Assembly (NCBI GenBank): GCA_963823665.1
Contig: CAWGMQ010000008.1
Coordinates: forward strand, 1,248,001 to 1,312,000
DNA length: 64,000 nucleotides
Direction: 5' to 3'
Origin: an uncultured Planctomycetota bacterium
GTDB taxonomy: Bacteria > Planctomycetota > Planctomycetia > Isosphaerales > Isosphaeraceae
Part shown: positions 10,468-20,314 of the stretch, in pieces
How positions within the stretch are numbered: the stretch's first letter is position 1
Layout: each line of letters begins with the position of its first letter
Translations under genes and position numbers: made by a program
Notes under the pieces: model-generated
The model's database searches: none
Told to the model about the DNA's origin: nothing
What the model saw: only the letters and a program-made list of their open reading frames with translations

Positions 10468-10676
10468 GTGCGAGCTCCAGACGACGGTCGCTTCGCCAGA
10501 GAATCAAGCGAATATCAAGTTATCACTCCGGCGGGGTGATGAGATAGCACGCGCCGCGAACCGCATTCGAGGATTTTCTGCTGGACAGCGCGAGAACAAT
10601 CGCGGATTCTGAACGGTGCTTCGAGAATTGAAGCGCCAGGTTCAGTCGAGTGCCACGCCGGAGAGGGCCATTCGCC

Positions 10677-11918
10677 ATGCAAGGTTCTTGTCCGTTCGGA
10701 TTTCCCAATCGCAGGCAATTCCTGGGTGCTTCGGCCGCGGCCGTGCCGCTCATCTCGGCAATTCCGAGAATCGCACGGGCGCAAGCTCAAACAGTAACCG
10801 GCAGCGCCGCGCATCACGGCGGTGACGTGAAATCGCTCGGCAAGCTGGCCGCGCCGGGTCTCTATCCGGGCCAGGTTGTTGAGGCGAGGAACCCGGCGAT
10901 GTGCAACAGCGGCAGCCGTGATCGGGCGGCCATTCGATCCACGCTCGACAAAGGCATGAAAGAATTGACCGGCGCCACCGATGCTGTGGAAGCCTGGAAG
11001 CACTTCTTCGAGCCGGGCGATGTAGTGGGCATCAAGGTTGTTCCCAACGGGCAGCCCGAAGCGCATTCCTCGTTTGAAATCGTTCTCGAGGTCATCGAAA
11101 AGCTACGGGCCTGCGGGGTGAAAACAGGCGACATCTTCGTCTACGACCGCTATCGCCGCGAATTCATGGACGCCGGGTACCAGAAGATCCTGCCCGACGG
11201 CATCCGCTGGGGTGGCCTGGACCCGGTGTCGAACCAGTTCCAGATGGACTTTGCCGATTTCGCCACGGATCCCATCGCCGGGTTTGACCCTGATGCGTTC
11301 GTCTGGATGGACCTGGTTCCGTACGGCGACGACCCCAAGGACGACCGCAAGTACCGCTCGCATCTCGGCAAGCTGGTGACGAAGACGCTCAACAAGATCG
11401 TGGCAATTCCGGTGCTCAAAGACCACGGCTCGGCGGGAGTCACCGGCGCGCTCAAGAACATGAGCCACGGCACTGTCAACAACGTGGCGCGCTCACACAG
11501 TAATTCGTTTGCGAATGTGTGCAATCAATTCATTCCCCAGGTGATCACACACCCGGTCATTCGCCAGAAGTTCGTGCTGCACATCATGGACGGCATCCGC
11601 GGGGTCTATCACGGAGGGCCGTTCTCGCGCGAGCACGGGAAATGGACGTGGGAGAACAACGCGATCCTGTTTGCGACCGACCCGGTCGCGCTCGACCACA
11701 TCGAATGGACCTTGATCGATGCCCAGCGAGCGAAGATGAACCTGCCGCCAGTGGCCGCTTCGGGCAACAAGGCGATGGACCCGCTGAAAATGGAAGGGTT
11801 CGATGTGCGGCAGCCGCAGCACATCGCGCTGGCGGGAGCCCTGGGCATGGGCTACTTCGACTTCAAGTCGAACAAAGGGCAGCGGTTCTCGATTAAACAT
11901 AGGGTTGTGAACGTCTGA
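10677..11918 (+). CDS. DUF362 domain protein with Tat signal
   Basis: NRRQFLGASAAA Tat signal; DVVGIKV, PVLKDH..AGVTGALKN, DPVALD. Confidence 0.85.
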   Translation: MQGSCPFGFPNRRQFLGASAAAVPLISAIPRIARAQAQTVTGSAAHHGGDVKSLGKLAAPGLYPGQVVEARNPAMCNSGSRDRAAIRSTLDKGMKELTGATDAVEAWKHFFEPGDVVGIKVVPNGQPEAHSSFEIVLEVIEKLRACGVKTGDIFVYDRYRREFMDAGYQKILPDGIRWGGLDPVSNQFQMDFADFATDPIAGFDPDAFVWMDLVPYGDDPKDDRKYRSHLGKLVTKTLNKIVAIPVLKDHGSAGVTGALKNMSHGTVNNVARSHSNSFANVCNQFIPQVITHPVIRQKFVLHIMDGIRGVYHGGPFSREHGKWTWENNAILFATDPVALDHIEWTLIDAQRAKMNLPPVAASGNKAMDPLKMEGFDVRQPQHIALAGALGMGYFDFKSNKGQRFSIKHRVVNV

Positions 11919-11957
11919 GGAAGCGCACCCGATCTCGTCGCGGCAGTGGACGTTCTG

Positions 11958-12115
11958 TTCCCGATTGGGAATGCCGTGCTGGATACTCGATCGCGAGAGG
12001 CATATCTTGTTCCTGATCGGGAATGGCAACAAGCCCATGATCCCGATCAGGCACAAAGACTGCCTTGACGGCACGGCGTTGGGGGACTAACATTCATTTT
12101 GTTCCCGATCGGGAA
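11958..12115 (+). promoter_or_regulatory. hipBST promoter with repeated palindromic operators (TTCCCGATCGGGAA)
   Basis: Copies at 11958-11971, 12010-12023, 12040-12053 (degenerate) and 12102-12115 (perfect). TTGACG (12065-70)-N17-TAACAT (12088-93) sigma70-like promoter. Confidence 0.75.
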
Positions 12116-12154
12116 TTTCATTTGGCGTTGCGCTGGTCTGAAGTCGTGGATCCG

Positions 12155-12393
12155 ATGAACAGCAGCGTGAAGAAGAGCCCCGAGCGAGTTGGTCAATTTG
12201 TGCGCGCCGGCGCCGGGCGAACAAAATGACTCAGCGGCAACTCGGCGAACTTGCCGGTGTCGGCACGCGGGTCGTTTCGGAGCTCGAGCGTGGGAAGCCG
12301 ACGTTGCGCATGGACGTCGTGAACCGAGTGCTCGAGGTCTTCGGTCAGATGCTGGGACATATCGAATCGCCTCGTGAAGAAATTGAAATATGA
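12155..12393 (+). CDS. hipB: HipB-like XRE/HTH antitoxin (y4mF type); 1-nt frameshift ~12208
   Basis: Missed by the ORF track. Repaired translation: MNSSVKKSPERVGQFVRARRRANKMTQRQLGELAGVGTRVVSELERGKPTLRMDVVNRVLEVFG... ATGA overlap with the next gene. Confidence 0.85.
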
Positions 12394-12734
12394 AACCACG
12401 GCGTGGTCGCGTGATGCTGAGCGGGGAGACGGTGGGAACGCTTGAAGAAACCGGAAGAACCATTGCCTTCCAGTACAATGAAGAATGGTTGCGGCGACCC
12501 GGCGCGGTGCCAATCTCGCTCACCATGCCGCTCGGGCCGGAGCCCTTCGTCACCGAGGGTTTGCATCCGTTCTTCGAGAATCTGCTGCCGGAAGGTTGGC
12601 TCCTTGAGGTTTCGTCGAAGAAGTTGAAGATATCGAAGGACGACGCATTCGGCCTGCTGCTTGCCACATGCGGCGACTGCATCGGGGCTGTCGAGATCGA
12701 GCCGATCGAGTCCGAAACGAATGAGAAGGGTTAG
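12390..12734 (+). CDS. hipS: HipS-like antitoxin (stand-alone HipA N-terminal domain)
   Basis: FQYNEEW..PISLTMP..LHPFFENLLPEGWL; 114 aa, lying between the HTH gene and the kinase gene. Confidence 0.85.
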   Translation: MKPRRGRVMLSGETVGTLEETGRTIAFQYNEEWLRRPGAVPISLTMPLGPEPFVTEGLHPFFENLLPEGWLLEVSSKKLKISKDDAFGLLLATCGDCIGAVEIEPIESETNEKG

Positions 12735-12736
12735 CG

Positions 12737-13657
12737 ATGCCTTCATGCCTGATTTGCCTGGAGGATTCCAGGACGGCATCGGACTATCACCCAGGTTGCC
12801 TGAGAGAGCTGTTTGGAACCGCGCAGTTGCCCTCCCTTGATCTGGAGCTTGCGAATCTCTACGCCGTCGCCGCAACGATGGCCGGGAAAATGTCGATTTC
12901 AGGCGTTCAAGCAAAGGTTTCACTCGTCTTGTCCCAAGACAAGCGGAAGCTCGAGGTCGCCGCGCGCGGCGGGCGATACATTCTCAAGCCGGAGACCTTG
13001 CGGTTTTCGTCCGTTCCAGAAAATGAGCATGTGACTATGGTATTAGCACATCTGGTCTCCATCGAGCTGCCGCAATGCGGGCTGATCCGCCTCCGGGACC
13101 TCTCGATCGCTTATATCGTGAAGCGGTTTGATCGCCTTGATGGCGGCGAGAAACTGCGGGTCGAAGACTTCTGCCAATTGTCTGGAAAGCCGACGCGCGA
13201 TAAGTACGAGGGATCGATGGAGCTTTGCGTCCGGATCTTGAGAAAATACGCCACGGAGCCGCTGGTTGAGATTCAAAAGCTGTTTCGCCTGCTCTTGTTC
13301 AGTTGGTGGACGGCCAACGGAGATATGCATTTGAAGAACTTCTCCATGCTGACGACTCGCGATGGCGTGCATCGGTTATCGCCAGCGTACGATCTGGTCT
13401 GTACGCGGCTTGTTCTTCCCGACGACAAACTCGCACTTCCGGTCGGTGGCCGCGACAAGAACCTCACACGCCGGACCTGGCTCGATCTCGCGACATTCTG
13501 CGGCTTGCGTGAACCGGTGGCGAAGCGCTTGCTCGAGGAGCAGATCGACGTGACGGATGCGTCGATCGACTTCATCAATCGGTCCTATCTCGGAAAAGAA
13601 GCGAAGGACCGGTACGAGCAGATACTGCGCGAGAACACGGCGATCCTGGCTGGCTGA
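12737..13657 (+). CDS. hipT: HipT-like Ser/Thr kinase toxin (HipA C-terminal domain)
   Basis: MSISGVQAK Gly-rich loop, YILKP, ENEH, KRFDR, NGDMHLKNFS, PAYDLV. Confidence 0.9.
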   Translation: MPSCLICLEDSRTASDYHPGCLRELFGTAQLPSLDLELANLYAVAATMAGKMSISGVQAKVSLVLSQDKRKLEVAARGGRYILKPETLRFSSVPENEHVTMVLAHLVSIELPQCGLIRLRDLSIAYIVKRFDRLDGGEKLRVEDFCQLSGKPTRDKYEGSMELCVRILRKYATEPLVEIQKLFRLLLFSWWTANGDMHLKNFSMLTTRDGVHRLSPAYDLVCTRLVLPDDKLALPVGGRDKNLTRRTWLDLATFCGLREPVAKRLLEEQIDVTDASIDFINRSYLGKEAKDRYEQILRENTAILAG

Positions 13658-13760
13658 GGGCCTGCGCCGAGGCATCGGCCCTTGAAATCCATCACACCTT
13701 GTGTTTTCCTGAGACAAGCGTCGTTGGATAACGTCTTGCGCCTGGCAACCAACAGGATCG

Positions 13761-14474
13761 ATGGTGCTCAGCAACTCAACTACCGCTGAACACCGCAACG
13801 GGATCGCCGTTCGGGTCGAGGAAGTGACCAAGACGTATGGCTCGCCGCGGTCGGAGGTCAGCGCGCTTTGCGGCGTGTCGCTCGACGTGCGGCGCGGGGA
13901 ACGGGTGGCGCTCCTGGGAAAGTCGGGCTCAGGCAAATCGACGCTGCTCAACTTGATCGGAGGGCTCGACCGGCCGAGCTCGGGTCGCATCGAGGCCGGG
14001 GGCCGAGACCTTGCCGCGATGACCGACAAGGAGCTGGCGGCGTACCGGCTGACGACGGTCGGGATGATCTTCCAGGCATACAATCTGATCCTATCGCGGA
14101 CGGCGGTCGAGAATGTCGAGCTGCCGATGATCCTGGCCGGGCGTGAGAAGAAAGACCGGCGGGCAGCCGCACGCGCGGCGCTCGAAGCAGTCGGCCTGGG
14201 CCAGAGGCTTGGGCACCGGCCGAGCGAGCTTTCGGGCGGTGAGCACCAGCGGGTGGCGATCGCCCGGGCACTGGTTAACCGTCCGGAAATCCTGCTGGCG
14301 GATGAGCCGACGGGCAACCTCGACTCGGCCACTTCGGCCGAAATCATCGCTCTACTCGTCAGGGAGATCAGTCAAGCGGGGACCACGCTGATCATGGTCA
14401 CGCACGACGAAGAGCTGGCGCGGAACACCGCGGACCGGATTGTGTTCTTCAAGGATGGGCGGGTGATGGCATGA
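13761..14474 (+). CDS. ABC transporter ATP-binding protein (LolD/MacB type)
   Basis: GKSGSGKST, LSGGEHQRVAIARA, LADEPTGNLD, VTHD. Confidence 0.95.
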   Translation: MVLSNSTTAEHRNGIAVRVEEVTKTYGSPRSEVSALCGVSLDVRRGERVALLGKSGSGKSTLLNLIGGLDRPSSGRIEAGGRDLAAMTDKELAAYRLTTVGMIFQAYNLILSRTAVENVELPMILAGREKKDRRAAARAALEAVGLGQRLGHRPSELSGGEHQRVAIARALVNRPEILLADEPTGNLDSATSAEIIALLVREISQAGTTLIMVTHDEELARNTADRIVFFKDGRVMA

Positions 14475-16060
14475 CCACCACGACTCGCGGAACGCATGGC
14501 ACCAAAGCGACCGACGTTGTCGGGCTCTCGTTTTCTGCGCTCTGGCAGCAGAAAGTGCGGACGATACTGACCGTTACCGGCGTGGTGATCGGTACGTTTG
14601 CACTCGTCCTTAGTCTCTCGGTGGGCCAGGGCGTGGACCATGCGATTGTCTCCCTTTTTCACGAAGACGGCCGCCTGCGAATGATCATCGTGAACGAGAA
14701 GTACGGTCAGACGGACGAAGATGTGCCCGTTGCCGAGCGCGAGCCGAAGGGCACGATGAGCGACGCGAAACGCAAAAGGATCAGCAAGGCCCTGGTGCGC
14801 GAATGGGGGCGAACCCACCCCCGCAAGCAGCGAAACTCGCTCAATCCCACGGCCATCAAGACCTTGAGCGTGATGGACCATGTCGAACGCGTCGAGCCGG
14901 CCGTGTGGTTCGATGGACAGTCGGCTCTGAATGGCAAGACCGAGAAATCACAGGCCATGTCTGTGACGCTGAAGGCTTCGTACCTGCGTAAGCTGCTCCT
15001 CGCCGGGCGTCTCTTTGCCGCCGGAGACGGCCGGGCGGCAATCGTCCATGAATTCCTCCTCTACCGCGTGGGACTGACCGGCGACGACGCAGCCGCACAG
15101 GCGCTGGGACAGACAATCCGTTTCGAGTACGACGTGGGGCGGAATGAGCAGGTCGACCTGGTGAGGATGATGAGTTTCGGGTCCAGGCCCCTTTCCGACA
15201 AAGAGGCAGAAACGCTCAATTCTGCGCTAAAAAGGCTGGCGGTTCTGGCGCGGCTGCTGCCGATGCCGGCTGAAGAACGCGCGGCGCTGGGACGAGTTTT
15301 CGACCGCCTCACAACCACCACCGCCGCGAAAGGGCAAACTTATGCCGAAGAATTCACGATTGTGGGCGTCGTCCGCGAGCAGAGCGAAGAAGACGAGAAA
15401 CCCGCGCCATTCGGCAACTGGCTGCCCCTGGACGCTGACATCCTCGTGCCGAGTGCGTTCGCGGGGGAGTATTACTTCCGGGCGCCCGAGCACGTGGAGG
15501 CCGGCGCTGGCTCCGTGGTCGTCACGGTCGATCAAGAGGAGCACGTGAAGGATGTTGAGAAACGGATCGGCACGCTCGGGTTCAACGTGTGGTCGCTCGT
15601 GCAGTTTATCGACACGGTTCGATTGAATGCGATGATGATCACGTTCGCGACGGCATTCGTGGCGCTTGTGGCGTTGATCGTTGCCGCGGTGGGGATCACC
15701 AACACGATGATCATGAGCGTGCTGGAGCGGTCGCACGAGATCGGGGTGATGAAGGCGCTCGGTGCGCGCGAGCGGCATATCCTGCTCATCTTCCTGATCG
15801 AAGGCACCGTGATCGGCGTTGCCGGCAGCTTGATCGGGCTGGCCCTGGCGTGGCTGGCGTCGATACCCGGCGATTCGATCGCCAGATCAATCATGGAGCC
15901 GCAGTCTCAATGGACTGTGAAGGAAACGCTCTTTTTGTTTCCTCTCTGGCTGGTCGCGGGCGTGCCGGCACTGGTGAGTGTGATCACCACGCTGGCCGCG
16001 CTTTACCCGGCACGGCGGGCGGCGCGGGTGGACCCGGTGACGTCGCTAAGGCACGAGTGA
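14471..16060 (+). CDS. ABC transporter permease (MacB/FtsX type)
   Basis: RTILTVTGVVIG, large periplasmic domain, GITNTMIMSVLERSHEIGVMKALGA, PARRAARVDPVTSLRHE. Confidence 0.93.
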   Translation: MTTTTRGTHGTKATDVVGLSFSALWQQKVRTILTVTGVVIGTFALVLSLSVGQGVDHAIVSLFHEDGRLRMIIVNEKYGQTDEDVPVAEREPKGTMSDAKRKRISKALVREWGRTHPRKQRNSLNPTAIKTLSVMDHVERVEPAVWFDGQSALNGKTEKSQAMSVTLKASYLRKLLLAGRLFAAGDGRAAIVHEFLLYRVGLTGDDAAAQALGQTIRFEYDVGRNEQVDLVRMMSFGSRPLSDKEAETLNSALKRLAVLARLLPMPAEERAALGRVFDRLTTTTAAKGQTYAEEFTIVGVVREQSEEDEKPAPFGNWLPLDADILVPSAFAGEYYFRAPEHVEAGAGSVVVTVDQEEHVKDVEKRIGTLGFNVWSLVQFIDTVRLNAMMITFATAFVALVALIVAAVGITNTMIMSVLERSHEIGVMKALGARERHILLIFLIEGTVIGVAGSLIGLALAWLASIPGDSIARSIMEPQSQWTVKETLFLFPLWLVAGVPALVSVITTLAALYPARRAARVDPVTSLRHE

Positions 16061-16084
16061 GACACGCGATGACGAGCGATCGGC

Positions 16085-17752
16085 TTACCTGGCCTGAACC
16101 GCCGGTTCGGTCACGGGCACGATCTTGAAGAGAAGCTGGTTGGGTTGGACCTGCCAACCCATTTCGATGGGCGGCTCCCCTGGCTTGCGGGGTTCCGGCC
16201 CGTAGGCGTAGACGAGTTTTCCATCGCGTGGCGCGTTGATCTTGCAGGCCGCGATCTCTCGCTCAAGTTGTTTCTCTTTCGAACTCTCGAGCTCCCAGAT
16301 CTCCTTGCTGGCTTGTAGCTCGGCTTTTGCAACTTCGATGGCCAGATTCAATTCCTTGATTCGTTTCGCTTTCGTGTAGTGAAGAAGGACGTCCTTTCTG
16401 CGTTGAGCGAGCTCAAGCTCCGTTCGGGCATCGCTGCGAGCCGCGGCGTCTTTGTCCGTTTTCTTGGCGGCGAATTGACTGTCGGCTATCGCGAGGCTGG
16501 CTTCGGCCTTCTTGACGGCGGCCTCCGTTTCTTGCTCCTGCAGCAGGACGAGGCCGCTCTGGTATTCGGCGAGACTGAGCTCGGCGATTTCCAGTGCGGT
16601 TTCGTTCCTCCGATGCGACGTTCGCGCATGGATCATGGTGATTCTCTGGTTGGTCAAAGTTTCCGCGCCTTCCCCTGTATCAAGTTCGCAAACCACTTCG
16701 CCCTTCTTCACAATCGAGCCGTTGGGAACAAGTGTGAGAATCGAGCGCGCCTCGCGTGACATGGAGTGCAAGAGGGCAGTTCCTGGTGGATCCTTGGGCG
16801 ATTCTGGACCGGATGACTGAGCTGCAGCCGTGACCTGAGCTCGGCCCTGACGCCCGTTGAAGAGGACGATGCCCGTACCGATTCCCAGCAAGGCGACCAG
16901 GGCCACGCCCACCGCCGCAGTCTTGATCTTGATCATCACCATGCTCCAGAGCACTCGTTGGACCAGGGACGCAGTTGCGCCCGACACAATGTAGGAAAGA
17001 GCTTCTCCCGAAGCCGCGGCGGCCGAAGCCTGGAGTGTTTGTTTCACCAGGGCCGGCGGCACCGCGGAAAGTGTTGAGGAAGAGGCAGTGGAACCATCAA
17101 AAGCGGTGGTCACGAGCGCGGCCAGCGGCGCCAGGCCGCGGCGCGTGAGCCGCCGGTGCAGGAGCCTGCGCGCCCGGGCCAGCCGACTCCGTACTGTTCC
17201 CAGCGGACAGCCGAGCTGGGCGGCTGCCTGATCGTGCGTGAGCGATTGCCAGTAACAGAGCACGACGACAGCGCGGTACTTTTCAGGCAAGCGCCGGACT
17301 TCCTCTTGCACTGCCGGGCCGAAGTCTCTGGTCATCGAAATGTCTTCCACGGGACTGACGGCTTCGACGACTCGGAGCGCGGCTCGTTGTTCGACCTTCT
17401 GTCGCCGGGCCGCATCAACTCGCGCACGTGCCGCGACCCGGCAGGCCACGCCGTAGAGCCAGCCACCGACCGATTCGAGCGATTGAACGGCTTCGCGGCG
17501 GCGCACGAGTACCAGGAAGGTCGCTTGGAACGCATCGGCAACGTCGGCCTCGTCGCGAAGCATGTTGCGGCAGACTCGCAGGACCATCGGGCCGTGGCGC
17601 AGGATCAGCACCTCGAATGCAGCGTCCGACGAATCATCGCGGCGGTTTGCAAATCGTTCGAGCAACTGGCGGTCCGTCAGCCCGCCGGCTGTTCCGATGT
17701 CGAACAGCGTTTGAATGTCGCGCAGAATGGCAACGGACGAAATACCGGCCAT
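16085..17752 (-). CDS. Planctomycete membrane-anchored ECF sigma factor with C-terminal HlyD/MFP-like domain
   Basis: TDRQLLERF, RHGPMVLRVC, DAFQATFLVL, GTVRSRLARAR; TM AVGVALVALLGIG; VPNGSIVKKGEVVCELD, then a coiled coil, then CKINAPRDG. Confidence 0.88.
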   Translation of the reverse strand: MAGISSVAILRDIQTLFDIGTAGGLTDRQLLERFANRRDDSSDAAFEVLILRHGPMVLRVCRNMLRDEADVADAFQATFLVLVRRREAVQSLESVGGWLYGVACRVAARARVDAARRQKVEQRAALRVVEAVSPVEDISMTRDFGPAVQEEVRRLPEKYRAVVVLCYWQSLTHDQAAAQLGCPLGTVRSRLARARRLLHRRLTRRGLAPLAALVTTAFDGSTASSSTLSAVPPALVKQTLQASAAAASGEALSYIVSGATASLVQRVLWSMVMIKIKTAAVGVALVALLGIGTGIVLFNGRQGRAQVTAAAQSSGPESPKDPPGTALLHSMSREARSILTLVPNGSIVKKGEVVCELDTGEGAETLTNQRITMIHARTSHRRNETALEIAELSLAEYQSGLVLLQEQETEAAVKKAEASLAIADSQFAAKKTDKDAAARSDARTELELAQRRKDVLLHYTKAKRIKELNLAIEVAKAELQASKEIWELESSKEKQLEREIAACKINAPRDGKLVYAYGPEPRKPGEPPIEMGWQVQPNQLLFKIVPVTEPAVQAR

Positions 17753-17896
17753 CGATGGATCGCTCCCGGGGCTTTGGCTCGATTGGGGTGTCTATCAGTA
17801 TGTGCCGGGAGACGGTGCGGGCAATCCCTGATCTTTTGGGTTATCCCTCGATCACAGAGCGCCAGCGCCTGGGGACGGCTTCCCAGGCGGGCAAAG

Positions 17897-18771
17897 TCAC
17901 GCCGCTCCGTCTCGCGCGATGTTTGCAGCCGGGGCTTCCGTGCACGCCGGCAGAATGATTGTGAAAATCGAGCCCTGGCCGGGGCGGCTTTCGGCGCGGA
18001 TGCGGCCGTGGTGGGCTTCGACGATGTCGCGGCAGACTGCCAGGCCCAGGCCGGTGCCACCTTGTCCGGCTGAATCGGGGCGCTCTTGGTTGAGTAGAAG
18101 GGCTCGAAAATGCGCCTCAGATCGGCTGGGGCGATTCCAACCCCATTGTCGGACACGCTGATCTCGACGCGGCGGCCGGTTGGGGCTGCGCCCACGCGCA
18201 GCCGCACGACGCCCCCTTGGGGCATTGCCTGGCGGGCGTTGATCAGGAGGTTGATGAGCACTTGCTGGATCTGGGCCGGCTCAACCCGCGCTTTCGGGTT
18301 GCCTGATATCTTCACCTCCAGGCGCACGCGGTGCTTGGCCAGATCTTTGTTGACCAGGAGCACCACTTCCTCGACGAGCTGGGACAGGTCGGCCGGCTCG
18401 CGCTCGATCTGACCTGTACCGAGCCGTGCCAGGCCCAGCATGCCGCGCGAGATGGTGGTGGCTCGCTCGGCACTCTCGATGATTTGCTTGAGGGCGCGCT
18501 CGCGATAAGCCGGATCGGGGTTTCGGAGGCCGAGTTTGGCATAGTTGAGGATCGGGGTCAGCGCGTTGTTGAGCTCGTGGAAAACACCGCCGGCCAGCAC
18601 GCCCAGGCTGCTGATCCGCTGGAGTGCGATCACCTGCTTGCGCAGTTGTTCACTGGTTGGCTCGGGAGCCGCGGGCAAAACGATCGGCGTCGATCGATCG
18701 CGGGCGGACGTCGAACCTTCTTCCGGCTGCCGCCTTGCAGGTTCAGCCGGGACTCCCCGTGTGGTCGCCAT
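17897..18771 (-). CDS. Cytoplasmic histidine kinase (HisKA + HATPase, no sensor domain); frameshift ~18078
   Basis: FHELNN (H box), [20 protein letters not shown]. The alternate frame supplies [24 protein letters not shown] and a stop at 17897. Confidence 0.88.
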
Positions 18772-18939
18772 CGAACGTCGAACCCTCCCTGCGGTGAGCC
18801 CGTCTGAATTGCTCGTTCAATTCAGGGTATCGGACGCAACGAGAGCCGGATTGAGCCCGAAGGCCGGACGGTTGCTGATCGAGTGCGACTCAGAGGATTG
18901 GTGGGGATCGGGAGGGTTTCGATCAAAACAACGGCTCGG

Positions 18940-20109
18940 TCACTTGCGCGTTTCGCCGTCGACGGCGGCTTTCGGCTTGGCAGACAGACCCCAGGGGAAG
19001 AGACGCAAGCCGTTGCCGGGGATAACGCGGGGAATCAACTCAAGGTCGACCCCGACGATGGGCTGGGTGACTTTCCGGCCGTCGCTCCAGAACCCCAGGT
19101 GCCGAAACTGCTCTTCGTCGCGAATGCCGTCGTCCAGGGTCTTGCCCTTGTCGGCGATTTCCATGACGTGATCGGCCATGCGCCAGAATCCCGCGCGGTC
19201 GAGCGCGTTTACCTCGGCCAGACTCATCTGGAATCCGCGCAGGACGCCCTCGCCATTATCGAGACGGGAGTGCATACCGCTGGGCGCTGTGTGTTCCGCG
19301 ATCAGGGGGGGGTGACCATGTCGGTCCGACCGAAAAAAGACGTATCGCTTCCGCGAGAGAGGGATGGCCGTCGCCTGTGTGAAGATCTGTCGCGCTCGCA
19401 AGTCGCCGACGAGCACGTCCTCTTCGCCGACCATGACGATCATGAGGGTTGTCGCGGGGATACTGGATAGGTTGGGCTCGCGCATCGGGACGATCTCGCC
19501 AGGCATCGTGATGATCAGCGCCTTGGGAAACGGCAATCCGGTGTGCGGGTCAGCCGCGACAGCCGCGATCTGCGCTGCCAGGTTGCCACCGGCGGAATGG
19601 CCGATCAATGTAAAACGGCTCAGGTCTGCGTGGACGTGCTTTTCGCCGTTGGCCAGCACCCCGAGAGCATCGCGCAGGGCTGCGAGGGCGTTCGGCAATA
19701 GTTCCTGCGGAGGGGTGAAGACATCGTTCTGGTAGCGCGGAAAGATCACGATCCTGCCGTCGCGCACCAGATGATCGATCCACGCTCCATAAAACCCGGG
19801 ATTGACGGCGAACCAGCCGTGGAGGAACAAGACCACGGGGGCGCGGGCTTCCGGCTTGGGTTCATCGGGCTCGAAGATCCAGTACGACCGGGGCCCTTCG
19901 CCGATTTCGTAGCGTTTGAACGATTGATGGGGCGAGGTGGACTTCTCGGGCGAGGCCGGGTCGGCGCTCGACGATTTTGCCGCCGGCTCATCGTCGGCCC
20001 GAAGAACCCCGGCGAGGGCCAGGCTCAAGACGGCGAGCGGGCCCAGACAGCGCAGGAGCGCACAGTGGCCCATTCCATGGCACGAGCGGCGCAGCATAAA
20101 TTGACCCAC
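18940..20109 (-). CDS. Secreted alpha/beta hydrolase
   Basis: Signal-like N-terminus, VVLFLHGW, IGHSAGG. Confidence 0.8.
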   Translation of the reverse strand: MGQFMLRRSCHGMGHCALLRCLGPLAVLSLALAGVLRADDEPAAKSSSADPASPEKSTSPHQSFKRYEIGEGPRSYWIFEPDEPKPEARAPVVLFLHGWFAVNPGFYGAWIDHLVRDGRIVIFPRYQNDVFTPPQELLPNALAALRDALGVLANGEKHVHADLSRFTLIGHSAGGNLAAQIAAVAADPHTGLPFPKALIITMPGEIVPMREPNLSSIPATTLMIVMVGEEDVLVGDLRARQIFTQATAIPLSRKRYVFFRSDRHGHPPLIAEHTAPSGMHSRLDNGEGVLRGFQMSLAEVNALDRAGFWRMADHVMEIADKGKTLDDGIRDEEQFRHLGFWSDGRKVTQPIVGVDLELIPRVIPGNGLRLFPWGLSAKPKAAVDGETRK

Positions 20110-20314
20110 CCCTCAACATCCGTGTTCGAGGCCGCCTTCCTAGCGGAAGGTGGCACAGTTTCTCTTTCTTGTGGGTTTTGTCAATGGCGCCTGGGCGCTC
20201 ACGGGCGCAAGACGTGCTGGGGCCGGATGTCAGGCTGAAGCTTGACCTACTTGGGGCGGGTGTCGCGCTCACGGTGATCGTTCGGTCCGCGGAGGCGATC
20301 TAGCTCCTGGGTGA

